64,000 bases of DNA from Felis catus (taxonomy: Eukaryota): positions 21,578,001 through 21,642,000 of the forward strand of contig NC_058368.1 in NCBI RefSeq assembly GCF_018350175.1, given 5' to 3'. Under the pieces are notes generated by a model. That model ran no database searches. It was not told the DNA's origin and saw only the letters and a list, made by a program, of their open reading frames with translations. A program made the position numbers and the translations under genes. This document shows positions 1 through 12,200 of this stretch, piece after piece. How positions within the stretch are numbered: the stretch's first letter is position 1; every line of letters starts with the position of its first letter.

Positions 1-222
1 AAAACTAAAGACTAATTTCCCACTTCTCCAAAGTAGTGCTTGACTGGAACCCTAGGCCTTTTAAATTCAACGTGTAGCTTTTTAAAAACATCTTTCAGAA
101 AGTAGTGATGATGATAATAGCTAACATCTAAAAATACTCTGCTTCACTTAACCGATTGTGGGGGGAATACTTACACTGTTACAAGTGCTTTACTTGATTA
201 CCTTGCTATATCTTTTAATAAC

Positions 223-440
223 TTTTTTTTAAATTTTTTTTAACATTTATTTATTTTTGAGACAGAGAGAGACAGCATGAACGGGGAAGGGTCAGAGAGA
301 GGGAGACACAGAATCTGAAACAGGCTCCAGGCTCTGAGCTGTCAGCACAGAGCCCGACGCGGGGCTTGAACTCATGGAACGTGAGATCATGACCTGAGCC
401 GAAGTTGGACGCTTAACCGACTGAGCCACCCAGGCGCCCC
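223..440 (-). mobile_element. Can-SINE (felid SINEC)
   Basis: reverse GGGGCGCCTGGGTGGCTCAGTCGGTTAAG head, (CT)n, A-tail; TSD TAATAACTTTTT. Confidence 0.95.
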
Positions 441-717
441 TAATAACTTTTTGAAGTCTGTACTGTTAGAATCCCAAGTTCACAGGTGAGGAAGCAGAGT
501 GAGGTTAAATAACTTGCCCCAGAGGACATAGCTAAGCCAAGGTTTAACCTAGTCCTTACAGCTTCAGGGCCCTCTCTTATCTCCTAGGCTGTACTCCATC
601 TGTTGAGAATATAGGGTAGTTTGCAAACTACTTTTAAAAGATTTGTTTTTTTAAAAAACTAATAAAAGATAGTTTAGTGATAGCGTGCCATTTCTTTTAA
701 AAACAATTTACACTCTT

Positions 718-935
718 GGGGCGCCTGGGTGGCGCAGTCGGTTAAGCGTCCGACTTCAGCCAGGTCACGATCTTGCGGTCTGTGAGTTCGAGCCCCGCCT
801 CAGGCTCTGGGCTGATGGCTCGGAGCCTGGAGCCTGTTTCCCATTCTGTGTCTCCCTCTCTCTCTGCCCCTCCCCCGTTCATACTCTGTCTCTCTCTGTC
901 CCAAAAATAAATAAAGGTTGAAAAAAAAAAAATTT
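718..935 (+). mobile_element. Can-SINE, young felid SINEC_Fc type
   Basis: head GGGGCGCCTGGGTGGCGCAGTCGG, CpGs largely intact; TSD AAAAACAATTTACACTCT. Confidence 0.95.
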
Positions 936-1018
936 AAAAACAATTTACACTCTCTTAAAAACAACCCCTTGTTTCATATTCTTCAGATTTTGGGGGCATT
1001 TAAACTATTATTTTTTAG

Positions 1019-1185
1019 GAATATGGGGTATTGGCGTCGCAACTCAGAAAGTTAACTTGAATCAGATTCCTCTTGGCCGAGATGCCCACAGTCTGGTGAT
1101 GAGGAATGATGGAGCCCTATACCACAACAACGAGGAGAAAAATAGGCTGCCAGCAAACAGCCTCCCACAGGAGGGAGACGTGGTG
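1019..1185 (+). CDS. SPRYD7: SPRYD7 internal coding exon (exon 3 by human numbering), 167 nt
   Basis: ttttttag|GA acceptor and GTG|gtgagt donor; translates (G)IWGIGVATQKVNLNQIPLGRDAHSLVMRNDGALYHNNEEKNRLPANSLPQEGDVV, matching recalled SPRYD7 (CLLD6/C13orf1) protein. Confidence 0.97.
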
Positions 1186-1579
1186 GTGAGTTTTCTTGTG
1201 GAGTTGCTTTCCACTGTAAATTATTCAACTTGAACGGCTTTTAGTGTATATAGTTTTGCTTGGGAGTTTGTAGTTTGAATTCCGAAGCACTGGGATTAGA
1301 TCTAATGAGGTACATGTTCCAGAGAAAGCACTCGATAAAGATGCTGCTGGCTAACCTAACTGCTCTCCTTTCTAGAGCTGCCACTGGCCAGGAAAATTAG
1401 TGTGAGCCCTTATTCCCATTCAGGAGAATTAATGACAGCTTGGCTCTTGATCAACATTTCCTGCTTCTCTCACATCAGAGAAATCTTCACCCACAATTTT
1501 AAAAGTTTGCTAACCTTCATATTAGAAAATATCAGGGGGGGACACCTGGGTCGCTCAGTAGGTTTAGCATCCAACTCTT

Positions 1580-3362
1580 TGTTGCCATCAATTTCTTCCA
1601 GACTCTTGTTAATGTTGATCTTTTGGCTTCTTCCCATGAATCATGAATGTTTTTAGGCCATGTTTTGAGTGGTGAATCCTCGGGGCACCTGGGTGGCTCA
1701 GTCAGCTAAGCATCCGACTTCAGCTCAGGTCATGATCTCGCGGTCTGTGAGTCTGAGCCCTGTATCAGGCTCTGTGCTGACAGCTCAGAGCCTGGAGCCG
1801 GATTCCGATTCTGTATCTCTCACTGCCCCTCCCCTGCTCACACTCTCTCAAAAATGAATAAATGTTAAAAAAAATTTTTTTTTCAATAGAATGGTGAATC
1901 CTTTTCAGAAGGTTTTCAATTTACTTTGCCCAAGTCCTTCAGAGGAATCACTATCTATGGCAGCTGTAGCTTTACAAAATGTATTTCTTAAGTAATAAGA
2001 CTTGAAATTACTCCTTCATCCATGGGCTACAGGATGGATGCTGTGTTAGCAGGCATGAAAACAGCATTAATCTCACATGCATTGTCAATGAGCAGTGATA
2101 TTTTGAAAGGAGCCTTTTGTTCTGAGCAGTAGGTCTCAACTGTGGGCTTAAAATATTCAGTAAACCATGTTGTAAATAGAAGTGCTGTTATCCAGGCTTT
2201 GTTGTCCCAGCTATAGAGCACACAGAGTAGATTTAGCATAACTCTTAAGGGCCCTAGGATTTTTGGAATGGTCAATGAGCATTGGCTTCAACTGAAAGTC
2301 ACCAGCTGCATTAGCCCCCAACGGGAGAGTCAGCCTGTCCTTTGAAGCTTAGAAGTCAGATATTGACTTCTCCTTTCTAGCTATGAAAGTCCTAAATGGC
2401 ATCTTCTTGCAGTAGAAGGCTGTTTCATCTACACTGACATCTGTTGTTTGGTGTAGCCACCTTCACTAATTTTAGCTAGGTCTTCTGGACAACTTGCTGC
2501 AGCTTTTGCACGAGCACTTGCTGCTTCACCTTGCACTTTTATGTAATAGAAATGGCCTCTTTCCTTAAACCTCATGAACCAACTTCTGCTAGTTTCCCAC
2601 TTTTCTTCTGTCATTTCCCCACCTCTCTCAGCCTTGACAGAATTGAAGAGAGGTAGGGTCTTGCTCTGTATTAGGCTTTGGGTTAAGGGAGTATTATGGC
2701 TGATTTGATCTTCTAAGCAGGCACCACAAATTTCTCCATATCAGCAAGAAGGTGTTTCACTTTCTTATCACTTATATAGTCAGTGGAGTAGCACTTTTAA
2801 TTTTCTTCAGAAACTTTCCTTCGCATCACAACATGGCAAAATTGGTGCGGAAGACCTAGCTTTTGGCCTATCTTGGCTCTCTACATGAGCTTAATCATTT
2901 CTGACTTTTGACTTAAAGTGAGAGACATGTGACTTCCTTTCCCTTGAACACTTAGGGGCCACTGTGGGGTTATTAATTGACCCAATTTCAATATCGTGTC
3001 TCAGGAAATAAGGATCCCAGAGGAGAAGGAGAGAGACTGGCAACAGCCGGTCAGTGGAGCAGTTAAAACCCACACGTTTATTGTTCAAACTTTTGGTCTT
3101 ATATGGGCGTGGTTTGTGGCACCCCAAAATCATTGTAATGATAACATCAAAGATCACTGAATGAAGATCAGTTACATATAATAATGAAAAAGATTGAAAT
3201 ATTACAAGAATTACCAAAACGTGACCCAGACTTGAAGTGAGAAAATGCTATTGGAAAAATGGCACTGATAGAGTTGCCCGACGTTTGGTTGACAGAAACC
3301 TTTAATTTGTAAAAAAAAAAAAATGCAATATCTGCAAAGTGCAGTAAAATAAGGTATGCCTA
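1580..3362 (-). mobile_element. Tigger1 (TcMar) DNA transposon, one end missing, interrupted by a SINE
   Basis: TIR reverse complement TAGGCATACCTTATTTTACTGCAC at ~3339-3362 followed by TA; transposase remnants [42 protein letters not shown]. Confidence 0.92.
1682..1885 (+). mobile_element. Can-SINE inserted in Tigger1
   Basis: SINE head and tail; TSD TGGTGAATCCT. Confidence 0.93.
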
Positions 3363-4551
3363 TATTTAATTTGTTATGAACTTCTCTTAAGAGCATTTTA
3401 TTAGGAGTGTTGATCCTCATTAATCTTATTAAACTTCTTCACTTTCACAACTCTTCAAAGAACTGGACTCAAAATCCTAAGGTTTGATTGTAGAAAAGTT
3501 TTTTTGGAAAGCAGGGGATGGAAAGAGTTACATATTGTTAAGACTTCGCTATTTTTATTCCCAACTAGATATATTTAAGTCATTACCAAAGCCACCCTCT
3601 TGAAAATGTAATCCAAAGATCCCTTTCTGTCTTTCCCAGTTATTTCTTTTTATATGCTATTATTGGAGAACTTTCTACACAGATTTCAGGCTTTTAGCTA
3701 TTGATGAGGGACAGAGTCTTAGGATCTCCTTCAGCAAAGGTGCTTTTCTACATAGAACCTTGGGTTCGTGGCTCTGGTACCAAATTGAAAGGAATCTATA
3801 CATAATGAAGGAAAGTTTCTAATAAGATGACAAGGGTAAATCCGGGTTATTGAATTAAAGAACTATACAGTATTTTGGTAAGAATGAAGACAAATGTGGA
3901 AAATAAGGTTTTTAACCGGGGTCTGATCTTCCATCTCTTCTGCAGTTTAAAAAGTATAAAGAACACTTAGTTTTTAAATGGGTAAATTATTGAAAGTGTT
4001 GTAGGAGTCAAAAGGCATAAACCATTTTTGAAATCTGTTTTTCCCTGTTCATCTTTTTGAATAGCTGGTTTTGTATTTGTAGATCATTGCCAGATGTCCA
4101 TAATACGAAACACTCTTACTCAAATGGATATTTCTTGAAAGAGAATCTTGAAGTCAGGTTGAGGCTATCAAGCTGTTTACACTAAGATGAAATTCAAACA
4201 TAAGCAAGGATAATCAGTAACAAATGTTTTTCTTTGTTGCTGTATTGAACTACTGTGTGCTATTCTTGCCTTCCTATCTCATTCATTGAAATGACTGATA
4301 CCAAAAACTGACAGATTTAAGAATGTCATTTTTAGTCTGTCAGCATTATTAAATTAGACTTTGAGTTTTTGTACCCATCCTGATAAAAGGAGAACTTTAA
4401 AAAGGTGAAATATATGAAGAATCAAGAAAAGTAAAACATCACCCTACCATATTACCTTTATCTTCTTAGTTCAAACATTTGAGAAAAAATTTCACCAAAT
4501 TGCTGACAGTGGCATAGGAAAAGTAGAAATGATTATAAGACAGGAAAAACA

Positions 4552-4611
4552 ATTGCTTCTTAGCCTTTTGGCCAAGATCAAGTGTAGTATTTGTTCTTAT
4601 CAGTTTAGTAT
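4552..4611 (+). pseudogene. 3'-truncated U2 snRNA retropseudogene (U2 nt 1-60)
   Basis: ATTGCTTCTTAGCCTTTTGGCCAAGATCAAGTGTAGTATTTGTTCTTATCAGTTTAGTAT matches the recalled U2 5' end at 54/60; flanked by direct repeat TATAAGACAGGAAAAACA (4534-4551, 4609-4626). Confidence 0.93.
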
Positions 4612-4869
4612 AAGACAGGAAAAACATTTTCATATGTGTAGAATTTAAGTCATATGCCATTCTCTGAGGAGAAATCAAGAAAGATAAGCTTTCAACATCT
4701 GACCAAATGATTATATTCATACAATAATCATATAATACCCATAGGGCCTCCCACAGCACTAGGAAACATACCTGGCTTAAGCTTACTTTTTTCCTTCTAT
4801 ATGTAGTTTTGAAAAGTGCAAATTATATTCTAAAATTGCATTATTTCAGTTTAATTTCAGAGAAGTTTT

Positions 4870-5923
4870 TTTTGGGGGGGGAGTTTGAGCCTTTTATTTG
4901 TTTATTGTGTGTGTGTGTGTGTGTGTTTATTTTTTTAATTTACATCCAAATTAGCATATAGTGCAACAGTGATTTCAGGAGTAGATTCCTTAATGCCCTT
5001 ACCCATTTAGCCCATCCCCCCTCCCATAGCCCCTCCAGTAACCCTCTGTTTGTTCTCCATATTTAAAAGTCTCTTATATTTTGTCCCCTCCCTGTTTTTA
5101 TATTTTCCCTTCCTTTATGTTCATCTGTTCTGTGTCTTAAAGTCCTCATATGAGTGAAGTCATATGATATTTGTCTTTCTCTAATTTCGCTTAGCATAAT
5201 ACCCTCTAGTTCCATCCACATAGTTGCAAATGGCAAGATTTCATTCTTTTTGATTGCTGAGTGATACTCCATTGTATATATATACCACATCTTTATCCAT
5301 TCATCCATCGATGGACATTTGGGCTGTTTCCATACTTTGGCTATTGTTGATAGTGCTGCTATAAACATGGGGGTGCATGTGCCCCTTCGAAACAGCACAT
5401 CTGTATCCCTTGGATACATGCCTAGTAGTGCAATTTCTGGGTCGTAGGGTAGTTCTATTTTTAGTTTTTTGAAGAACCTCCATAGTGTTTTCCAGAGTAG
5501 CTGCACCAGCTTGCATTCCCACCAACAGTGCAAAGACATCCTCTCTCTCTGCATCTTTGCCAACATCTTTTGTTGCCTGAGTTGTTAATGTTAGCCATTC
5601 TGATAGGTGTGGGGTGGTATCTCATTGTGGTTTCGATTTGTATTTCCCTGATGATGAGTGATGTTGAGCATTTTTTCATGTGTCAGCCATCTGGATGTCT
5701 TCTTTGCAGAAGTGTCTGTTCATGTCTTTTGCCCATTTCTTCACTGGACTATTTGTTTTTTGGGTGTTGAGTTTGAGAAGTTCTTTATAGATTTTGGATA
5801 CTGACCCTTTATCTGATATGTTGTTTGCAAATATCTTCTCCCATTCTGTCAGTTGCCTTTTAGTTTTGCTGATTGTTTCCTTCGGTGTGCAGAAGCTTTT
5901 TATTTTGATGAGGTCCCAGTTTG
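4870..5923 (-). mobile_element. 5'-truncated felid/carnivore LINE-1 (ORF2 C-terminus and 3' UTR)
   Basis: ORF2 remnants [43 protein letters not shown]; tail decayed into (TG)n; TSD AGAGAAGTTTT. Confidence 0.93.
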
Positions 5924-5959
5924 AGAGAAGTTTTATAACCATTCTATGTAATAATAATA

Positions 5960-6180
5960 ACATTACTAATAATAGCAAATGCTTTTCTCTAGAATTTATT
6001 ATAGGCCTGGCACTGTTCTAAATGCCTGGCAGGCTTTAAATTGTTTAATCCTCATAATGACTCTATAACATAGATAGTATTATTATCACCGTTTTACAGA
6101 TTAGGGGAAGTTAAGTAACTTCTTGTATGGAGGGATCCCAGGATTATTATACAGGCAGCTTAATTTCAGAGTCCGTTCAC
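5960..6180. mobile_element. MIR SINE
   Basis: MIR core TTTAATCCTCATAA...TATTATTATCACCGTTTTACAGAT...GTTAAGTAACTT. Confidence 0.75.
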
Positions 6181-6395
6181 TGAACATGCAAACAATTATG
6201 TCAGATTTTTTGGTGTCATTGTGGTGGAATCAGACCTAGTTTCTAGATCATAAAAAGGACAGATTAAATTAGAAATAGTTGGAACTAAACCCTGCTAGTA
6301 GGAGTTGGGGGTTCTCATATCCTTTCTCACTTCTTTCTTTGGTATTGAGACCTTACCATTATGCTGCAGGTTTGGGCTTTAAAATTTGCTTGCTG

Positions 6396-6424
6396 GCAGT
6401 ATATGCTGCCACCAGGTGGTGAAG
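6396..6424 (+). promoter_or_regulatory. candidate CTCF site with upstream motif
   Basis: GCAGTA-tatgctg-CCACCAGGTGGTG resembles the CTCF core plus the upstream TGCAG module. Confidence 0.5.
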
Positions 6425-6812
6425 GGTGCCTAGATTACAGGCCTGATGTCCCGTAAGGTAGTCCTCTAAAGAGAGGACACATTATTTTTATGTAATTTTG
6501 TTTTTGTTTTTTGAATGAAAAAAAGGCCTCTTCATTACAGAAACTAATCCCAGCTATCATTTAACTTTATAATTATATTTAAATACATAAACTGAAATGA
6601 AACAAAAACTGCAAAAACTGTCTCTCTCAATATTTTGTAACTTAATAAATTATTATTTAACCGTGGCTTTGCTAAGGTTTGAGGAGAATCTTTTATAGCA
6701 CTTAACATACTTGACTCATCTGGACCTTTGTTGTTTTAACTGGAAAGTGAGGGAAGTTAAGACTAGATCATGTGTCAGATCTTTTTCTACCTCTAAAATA
6801 TGTCCACAGTCA

Positions 6813-7050
6813 GGGGGTGCCTGGGTGGCTCAGTCGGTTGGGCGTCCGACTTCTGATCAGGTCATGATCTCACGGTTTGTGAGTTCAAACCCTGCATCGG
6901 ACTCTGCTGACAGCTCAGAACCTGGAGCCTGCTTTGGATTCTGTGTGTCTCTCTCTCTCTCTGCCCCTCCCCTGCTCATGCTCTGTCTCTATCTTTCAAT
7001 AATGAATAAATGACAAAAAAATTTTAAAAATAAAAAAAAATAATAAAATA
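6813..7050 (+). mobile_element. Can-SINE
   Basis: SINE head and tail; TSD AAAATAT(G/A)TCCACAGTCA. Confidence 0.93.
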
Positions 7051-7199
7051 AAATATATCCACAGTCAGAATTCCTTGGAGCAGTTGCTTGTTGGTCTGAT
7101 GATGATTTTTCTACTGAAAGAACTGTCTACTTAATTCTTCAAAGAAAAGCTGGCTTTCTGTCATCAGGTAGTAACTATGACATTAAGTTTTAAAGAGAG

Positions 7200-7430
7200 G
7201 TAGTATGGCATGGCAAGTAGGGTATTCTGAGGCCATACTGCATGGGTTTTAATCCCAGCTCTGCCACCTCCTAACTCTCTAACCTTATGTAAATTATTTA
7301 ACCTTTTTGTGCCTTAGCTATTTCATCTATAAAATGGGGATGATAATAATAATACCCATCTTGTTGTGAGGATCAAATGATTAAACATGAAGTACTTAGA
7401 ATAGTGCTTGGTAGATAATACAGGCTTTTT
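7200..7430. mobile_element. MIR SINE
   Basis: AATCCCAGCTCTGCCAC...TTTCATCTATAAAATGGGGATGATAATA. Confidence 0.8.
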
Positions 7431-8178
7431 AAGTGTTTTCCAGCATTTTAATGTATGTATTAATAATGATTGTTAGTATTCATCGTGACTTTTGTACCAT
7501 CAATAATGTATAGATACAGAGTGATCTATTTTTATTCTACTTTTTTTTCTTAGTCTTTTGAGCTGTTGTTTTTCTGTTTTTAGCTGGGTACTAACTACCA
7601 GTTATAGTCCATTGTAAGCACTAGCTTCACTTTGGTAATACATTTTGACATATACGAGAGCAAGGTAAACAGATATGGAAATGTATTTCTTTTCAGAAAT
7701 AAGTTGAAGACACTTCTTCACAACTTGAGAACAGTGACAGGTAGTAAGCCCTAATGCTAAAAATCTCATTGTTTTCCCCCCTTAAGATCAAATTCTATAG
7801 AGAGAGAGCAGTGTTTTCTCTATGAATTTTAAAGGCCTCTCTGTGGATGGTAGGCAGTACTTATATCATCTTAATATTCAGAATATAAAATTCAGATTAT
7901 CTGAATATAATAACTCAGACTCCAAATTGTTCCTCATTTGTTTTACCTCTGATGTGAACCCTTGGGACTTTACATGACTTTGCCCCCACATAATCACCAC
8001 TAATTTTTTTTTAGCTCAGTTCAAGTAGAACTCTACCAAATTGTAAACCCTTAATGAAAGCTACTGTGACACCTTACTTTAATTTTTTCCATGCTTCCCA
8101 GTAGTGCTTTTTGACTATTTAGGCTTTTTTATTGGAACATTTATATTTTTACTTATTAACATTTTTTTTCCTTCCTAG

Positions 8179-8281
8179 GGTATTACATATGACCATGTAG
8201 AATTAAATGTATATTTGAATGGAAAAAATATGCATTGTCCAGCATCAGGTATACGAGGGACAGTGTATCCAGTTGTTTATG
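8179..8281 (+). CDS. SPRYD7: SPRYD7 coding exon 4, 103 nt
   Basis: ttccttcctag|GGT acceptor and G|gtaagc donor; GITYDHVELNVYLNGKNMHCPASGIRGTVYPVVY, in phase with the previous exon. Confidence 0.97.
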
Positions 8282-8377
8282 GTAAGCTAAAATATTTCTA
8301 AATATTATTATATATGTTAACTTTTACTCGACATTTTCCTTAACTTAATAACTGTCATTCAAAAATCTGGACAAGTT

Positions 8378-8583
8378 GGGGTGCCTGCGTGGCTTATTTG
8401 GTTGAGTGTCCAACTCTTGATTTAAGCTCAGGTCATGATCTCACTGTTCATGAGTTTGAATCTCACTTTGGGCTCCGTGCTGACAGTGCAGAGCCTATTT
8501 GTGATTCTTTCTCTCTCTGCCCCTTTCTCTGCCCCTCTCTGGCTCTCTCTCTCTCAAAATAAATAAATAAACTTAAAAAAAAA
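8378..8583 (+). mobile_element. Can-SINE (older subfamily)
   Basis: diverged SINE head, (CT)n and A-tail. Confidence 0.88.
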
Positions 8584-9602
8584 TCTTTTTTATGAAATGT
8601 ACTGAGTAGGATACTATAATCCCACTTCGCAGTACTAAGGAAGCTTTTTATTCCCCATGTATTAAAAAACTGCCCAAAACATTGAATATAATTAAATATG
8701 TAATAACCATATTCCCTTTTTGAATCATGTATTCATATATTCTGGAACATTCCAAAAAGCTTTACTGAATTTACAAAGCTCTTTCTGCCAGTTATTAGGG
8801 AGATTTAGGTTACCAAGAAATGTAATTGTAAAGAATATTGTGGAACTATAGATGGGAATTTTATGTAGATTGACCATTAGTCACCTTTATAAAATTACTT
8901 GAATGTTAAAACTCTTTTGAGAGAGAGAGAAAATTGTGACTTTGAATAGTATTGATATGTATGTATTATAATTTCTGTACAAGTATATCCCTTCAAGAAT
9001 TGGGTTACTTAAGAGATGACTCTATACCATTTAATTACTTTAATTTTTATTACAGAAAATTTCAAACATGTGTAGAAGTAAAATAGTACAATGAACGCTC
9101 ATGTACCCATCACCCAGCTTCAAACAATTATCAACTTGGAGCCAGTAACGCTTCATCTACCCCCTAATACTGATACTCCTCCTGTTTTTCACCTTCCCTC
9201 CTTGGATTATTTTGAAGTAAATGTCAGATGTTATATATCATTTTATTCATAAATATTTAGTATGTATCTCTAAAAAGGAAGGTGTCTCTCTTTATAGAAA
9301 ATAACAAACATAAGCACAGTGCCTTTGTCACTATTCTGCTTTATTTTTTATGTTCCCAACTTTAAAGCAACAAGTATCTGATTTTTCTGCCTGTGGTTTT
9401 AATAGATCTAAAAGTATTTTCTCATTTAATTACTTTAAATTTTTAGATTTGAGCTATAATAAAAACTAATTACTAATTTTTATAGTAATTTATTAGAAAG
9501 GTAGCAGTGTTAGTGATGACAGACTGGGACATCAGAAAAGTATTCAAATAACAAATGTAAATATTTAATAATAGGATAATAATAACCAAAGCCTATGCTT
9601 TA

Positions 9603-9834
9603 CTTTTTTTAACTTTTTTCTTTAATATTTATTTATTTTTGAGAGAGAGAGAGACAGACAGAGTGTGAACAGGGGAGGGGCAGAGAGAGAGGGAGACACA
9701 GAATCTGAAGCAGGCTCCAGGCTCTGAGCTGTCAGCACAGAGCCTGACACGGGGCTCGAACCCACGGACCGACCATGAGACCATGACCTGAGCTGAAGTC
9801 GGACGCTCAACCAACTGAGCCACCCAGGCACCCC
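9603..9834 (-). mobile_element. Can-SINE
   Basis: reverse SINE; TSD TATGCTTT(T)ACTTTTT. Confidence 0.93.
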
Positions 9835-10257
9835 ATATGCTTTACTTTTTAGTTAAGGTTTTCATTAGTCTTTTCTCCTAAAAATTACTTTCCAGTGATT
9901 TTACCTTCTCTGTCTTTGCATGTAAAAGTGTATTTTTAAGTTTGATTTCAGTTAGTTTCCTTGCCATCTTGGGCAAGCCTAAAAGCAGTTCCTTTATTTA
10001 CTTAAATAATTGGAAATGTAGCTTAATATTCTAAAAAACTGAGTCTGAAATAAATATCAGTAGAATGAATTACACAAATGAGTTTAGCAAATAAAATTTT
10101 TATTCCAAATTATTTCTTTGATTCAGCATAATTTTTAATGTAGTAAAGTTATAGATAGTAAATAATATATATTTTATAAATTGACATTAGTAAATTAGTC
10201 AAATTAAGCCAAATATTTTAATAGTTTGTTACTATCACAGATAAAAATAAAACTTAA

Positions 10258-10555
10258 GGGGCACCTGGCTGGCTCAGTTGGTAGAGTATCGAACTCTTAA
10301 TCTCACGGTCCTGAGTTTGAGTCCCATGTTGGGTATAGAGATTACTTAAAAATAAATAAATATGGGGCGTCTGGGTGGCTCAGTCGGTTAAGCGTCCAAC
10401 TTCAGCTCAGGCATGATCTTACAGTTCGTGGGTTCAAGCCCTCATCGAGCTCAGAGCCTGGAGCCTGGTTCTGATACTGTGTCTCCCTTTCACTCTGCCC
10501 CTCCCCTGCTCATGCTCTGTCTCTCTCTGGCTCTCAAAACTAACTAACTAACTTA
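10258..10555 (+). mobile_element. short tRNA-derived Can-SINE followed by a full Can-SINE
   Basis: two SINE heads, at ~10258 (ending GAGATTACTTAAAAATAAA) and ~10364. Confidence 0.88.
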
Positions 10556-11269
10556 AATTCCTTTACCCTTTATCCCTCCTTCCCATCTCTAATCCTAGAT
10601 CCATCCAGTCATTCATTTTGTCAGCTCTTAACACAGAACTTATGGAGAGGAAAAAAACATGGCACACTCAAAAAGAGTGTCATTACAAAGTTTTGACTTC
10701 CAGCCCAAGCTGTCAACGTTTTTTGACAATTCTTTTACATTCTACACATTGACTATGCTTCTTGAATTCCCTCCTCATTCTCCACAGATGACCTTATCTT
10801 CAACTTTATAAAGAATGAGGCTATTAATGGTGCACTCCACCTTCTCAGCCTTACCCTCCTAAAGCTTTTCTGGATCAGATCCAATCTTGCCTTCTTTCTG
10901 TCCCATCTTAGATGAAGTGGTATGCTTCATGTTAAAATAAACAGTGTATAGTCTGGATTTCAAACTCCCCAACTCTGCGACTTCACTTTGTCAGTTATTT
11001 CACTTATATCTCCTGTCAGGAACCTCTCTCTTCAATGCCTGTGAAAATTCTGAGTCATCCTTATCCCCCAAAACCCTTCCTAAATTCATATCCCTCATTA
11101 GCCCTCTATTTACGCTGCTTTATATGGCTTCATTTCTACGCCATATGCTGTACCATTCAGTAGTTCTTCAGCCCTGTCTGACTGCCTTTAGCACCACTTC
11201 ACTGAAACCACCCTTGTTAAAATCTCTAGTGGCTTCATGAATGTCAAATTCAGTACTTAACTTTTTCCT

Positions 11270-12200
11270 GCATTTATTATGAAATACACATAGTTTAGTA
11301 ATGTGCATTAATCATATTTCTGTAGTTTAACAAGTAGCTATGAAATGAACATTCATATTATTACCACAGTCAACATCATGAATATATTCATGCCTCCTAA
11401 AAGTTTCCTTCTGTTCCTTTATAATCCCTCGTGCTCGCCTCTCCCACCCCAGCCCCAACCAAGCAATGCCCTGATCTACTTTCTGTCACCACCGATTATC
11501 TGAATCATAAGTTTGTATTCTTCTTTTTTTCTCTGGCTTATCTCAGCATAATTATTTTGAGATTGATCTACGTGGTAGCATGTATCAATAATTCATTCAT
11601 TTTAGTTGCCAAGTAGTATATATGGTTCATTGTGTGCTTATATCACAATTTGTTTTTCTCTTCCCCTGTCAATGGATATTTAGGTTTTTTCCAGTTTGGG
11701 GCCATTACAAATAAAACTGCTATGATCAACATTCATGTACAAGTCTTTGTGTGGATATATACGTTTATTTCTCTTTGGTAAATGCTGGTAAAAACATGTA
11801 GAAGGGCGCCTGGGTGGCTCAGGCAGTTAAGTGTCCAACTCTTGATTTCTTCTCAGGTCATGATCTCATGGTTCATGAGATCAAGCCTCATGTCGGGCTA
11901 CGCACTGACAGCATGGAGCCTACTTGGGATTCTCTCTCTCCCTCTCTCCCTGCCCCTCCCTGACTTACACTCTTTTTCTCTCTCAAAATAAATAAACATT
12001 TAAAAAATATATATAGAAGCTGAATAAGGACTGCAGTCTAGTTAACAGTACTGTATTGATGTCAGTTTTCTGGTCTTGAGATCATACTGTAGTTATGTAG
12101 CCTATTACCATTAGAGGAAGCTGGATGAAGGGTACATAGAACTCTTACTATTTTTGCAACTTTTTTGAATCTATAATTATTTCAAAATAAAACAATTTTT
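11270..12200. mobile_element. old L1M fragments with an inserted Can-SINE (11803-12005)
   Basis: L1M 3' motifs TTCCAGTTTGGGGCCATTACAAATAAAACTGCTATG and GAAGCTGGATGAAGGGTACATAGAACTC; SINE head at ~11803. Confidence 0.75.

Noticed and set aside
975..1018. Upstream alternative acceptor ttcttcag at 986 for SPRYD7 exon 3
   Set aside because: Would add 32 nt and shift the frame; no evidence of use
5063..5566. 167-aa ORF as a gene
   Set aside because: It is the C-terminus of L1 ORF2 in a 5'-truncated, frameshifted copy
10258..10340. Possible tRNA gene
   Set aside because: tRNA-derived short Can-SINE with an A-rich tail and a degenerate cloverleaf
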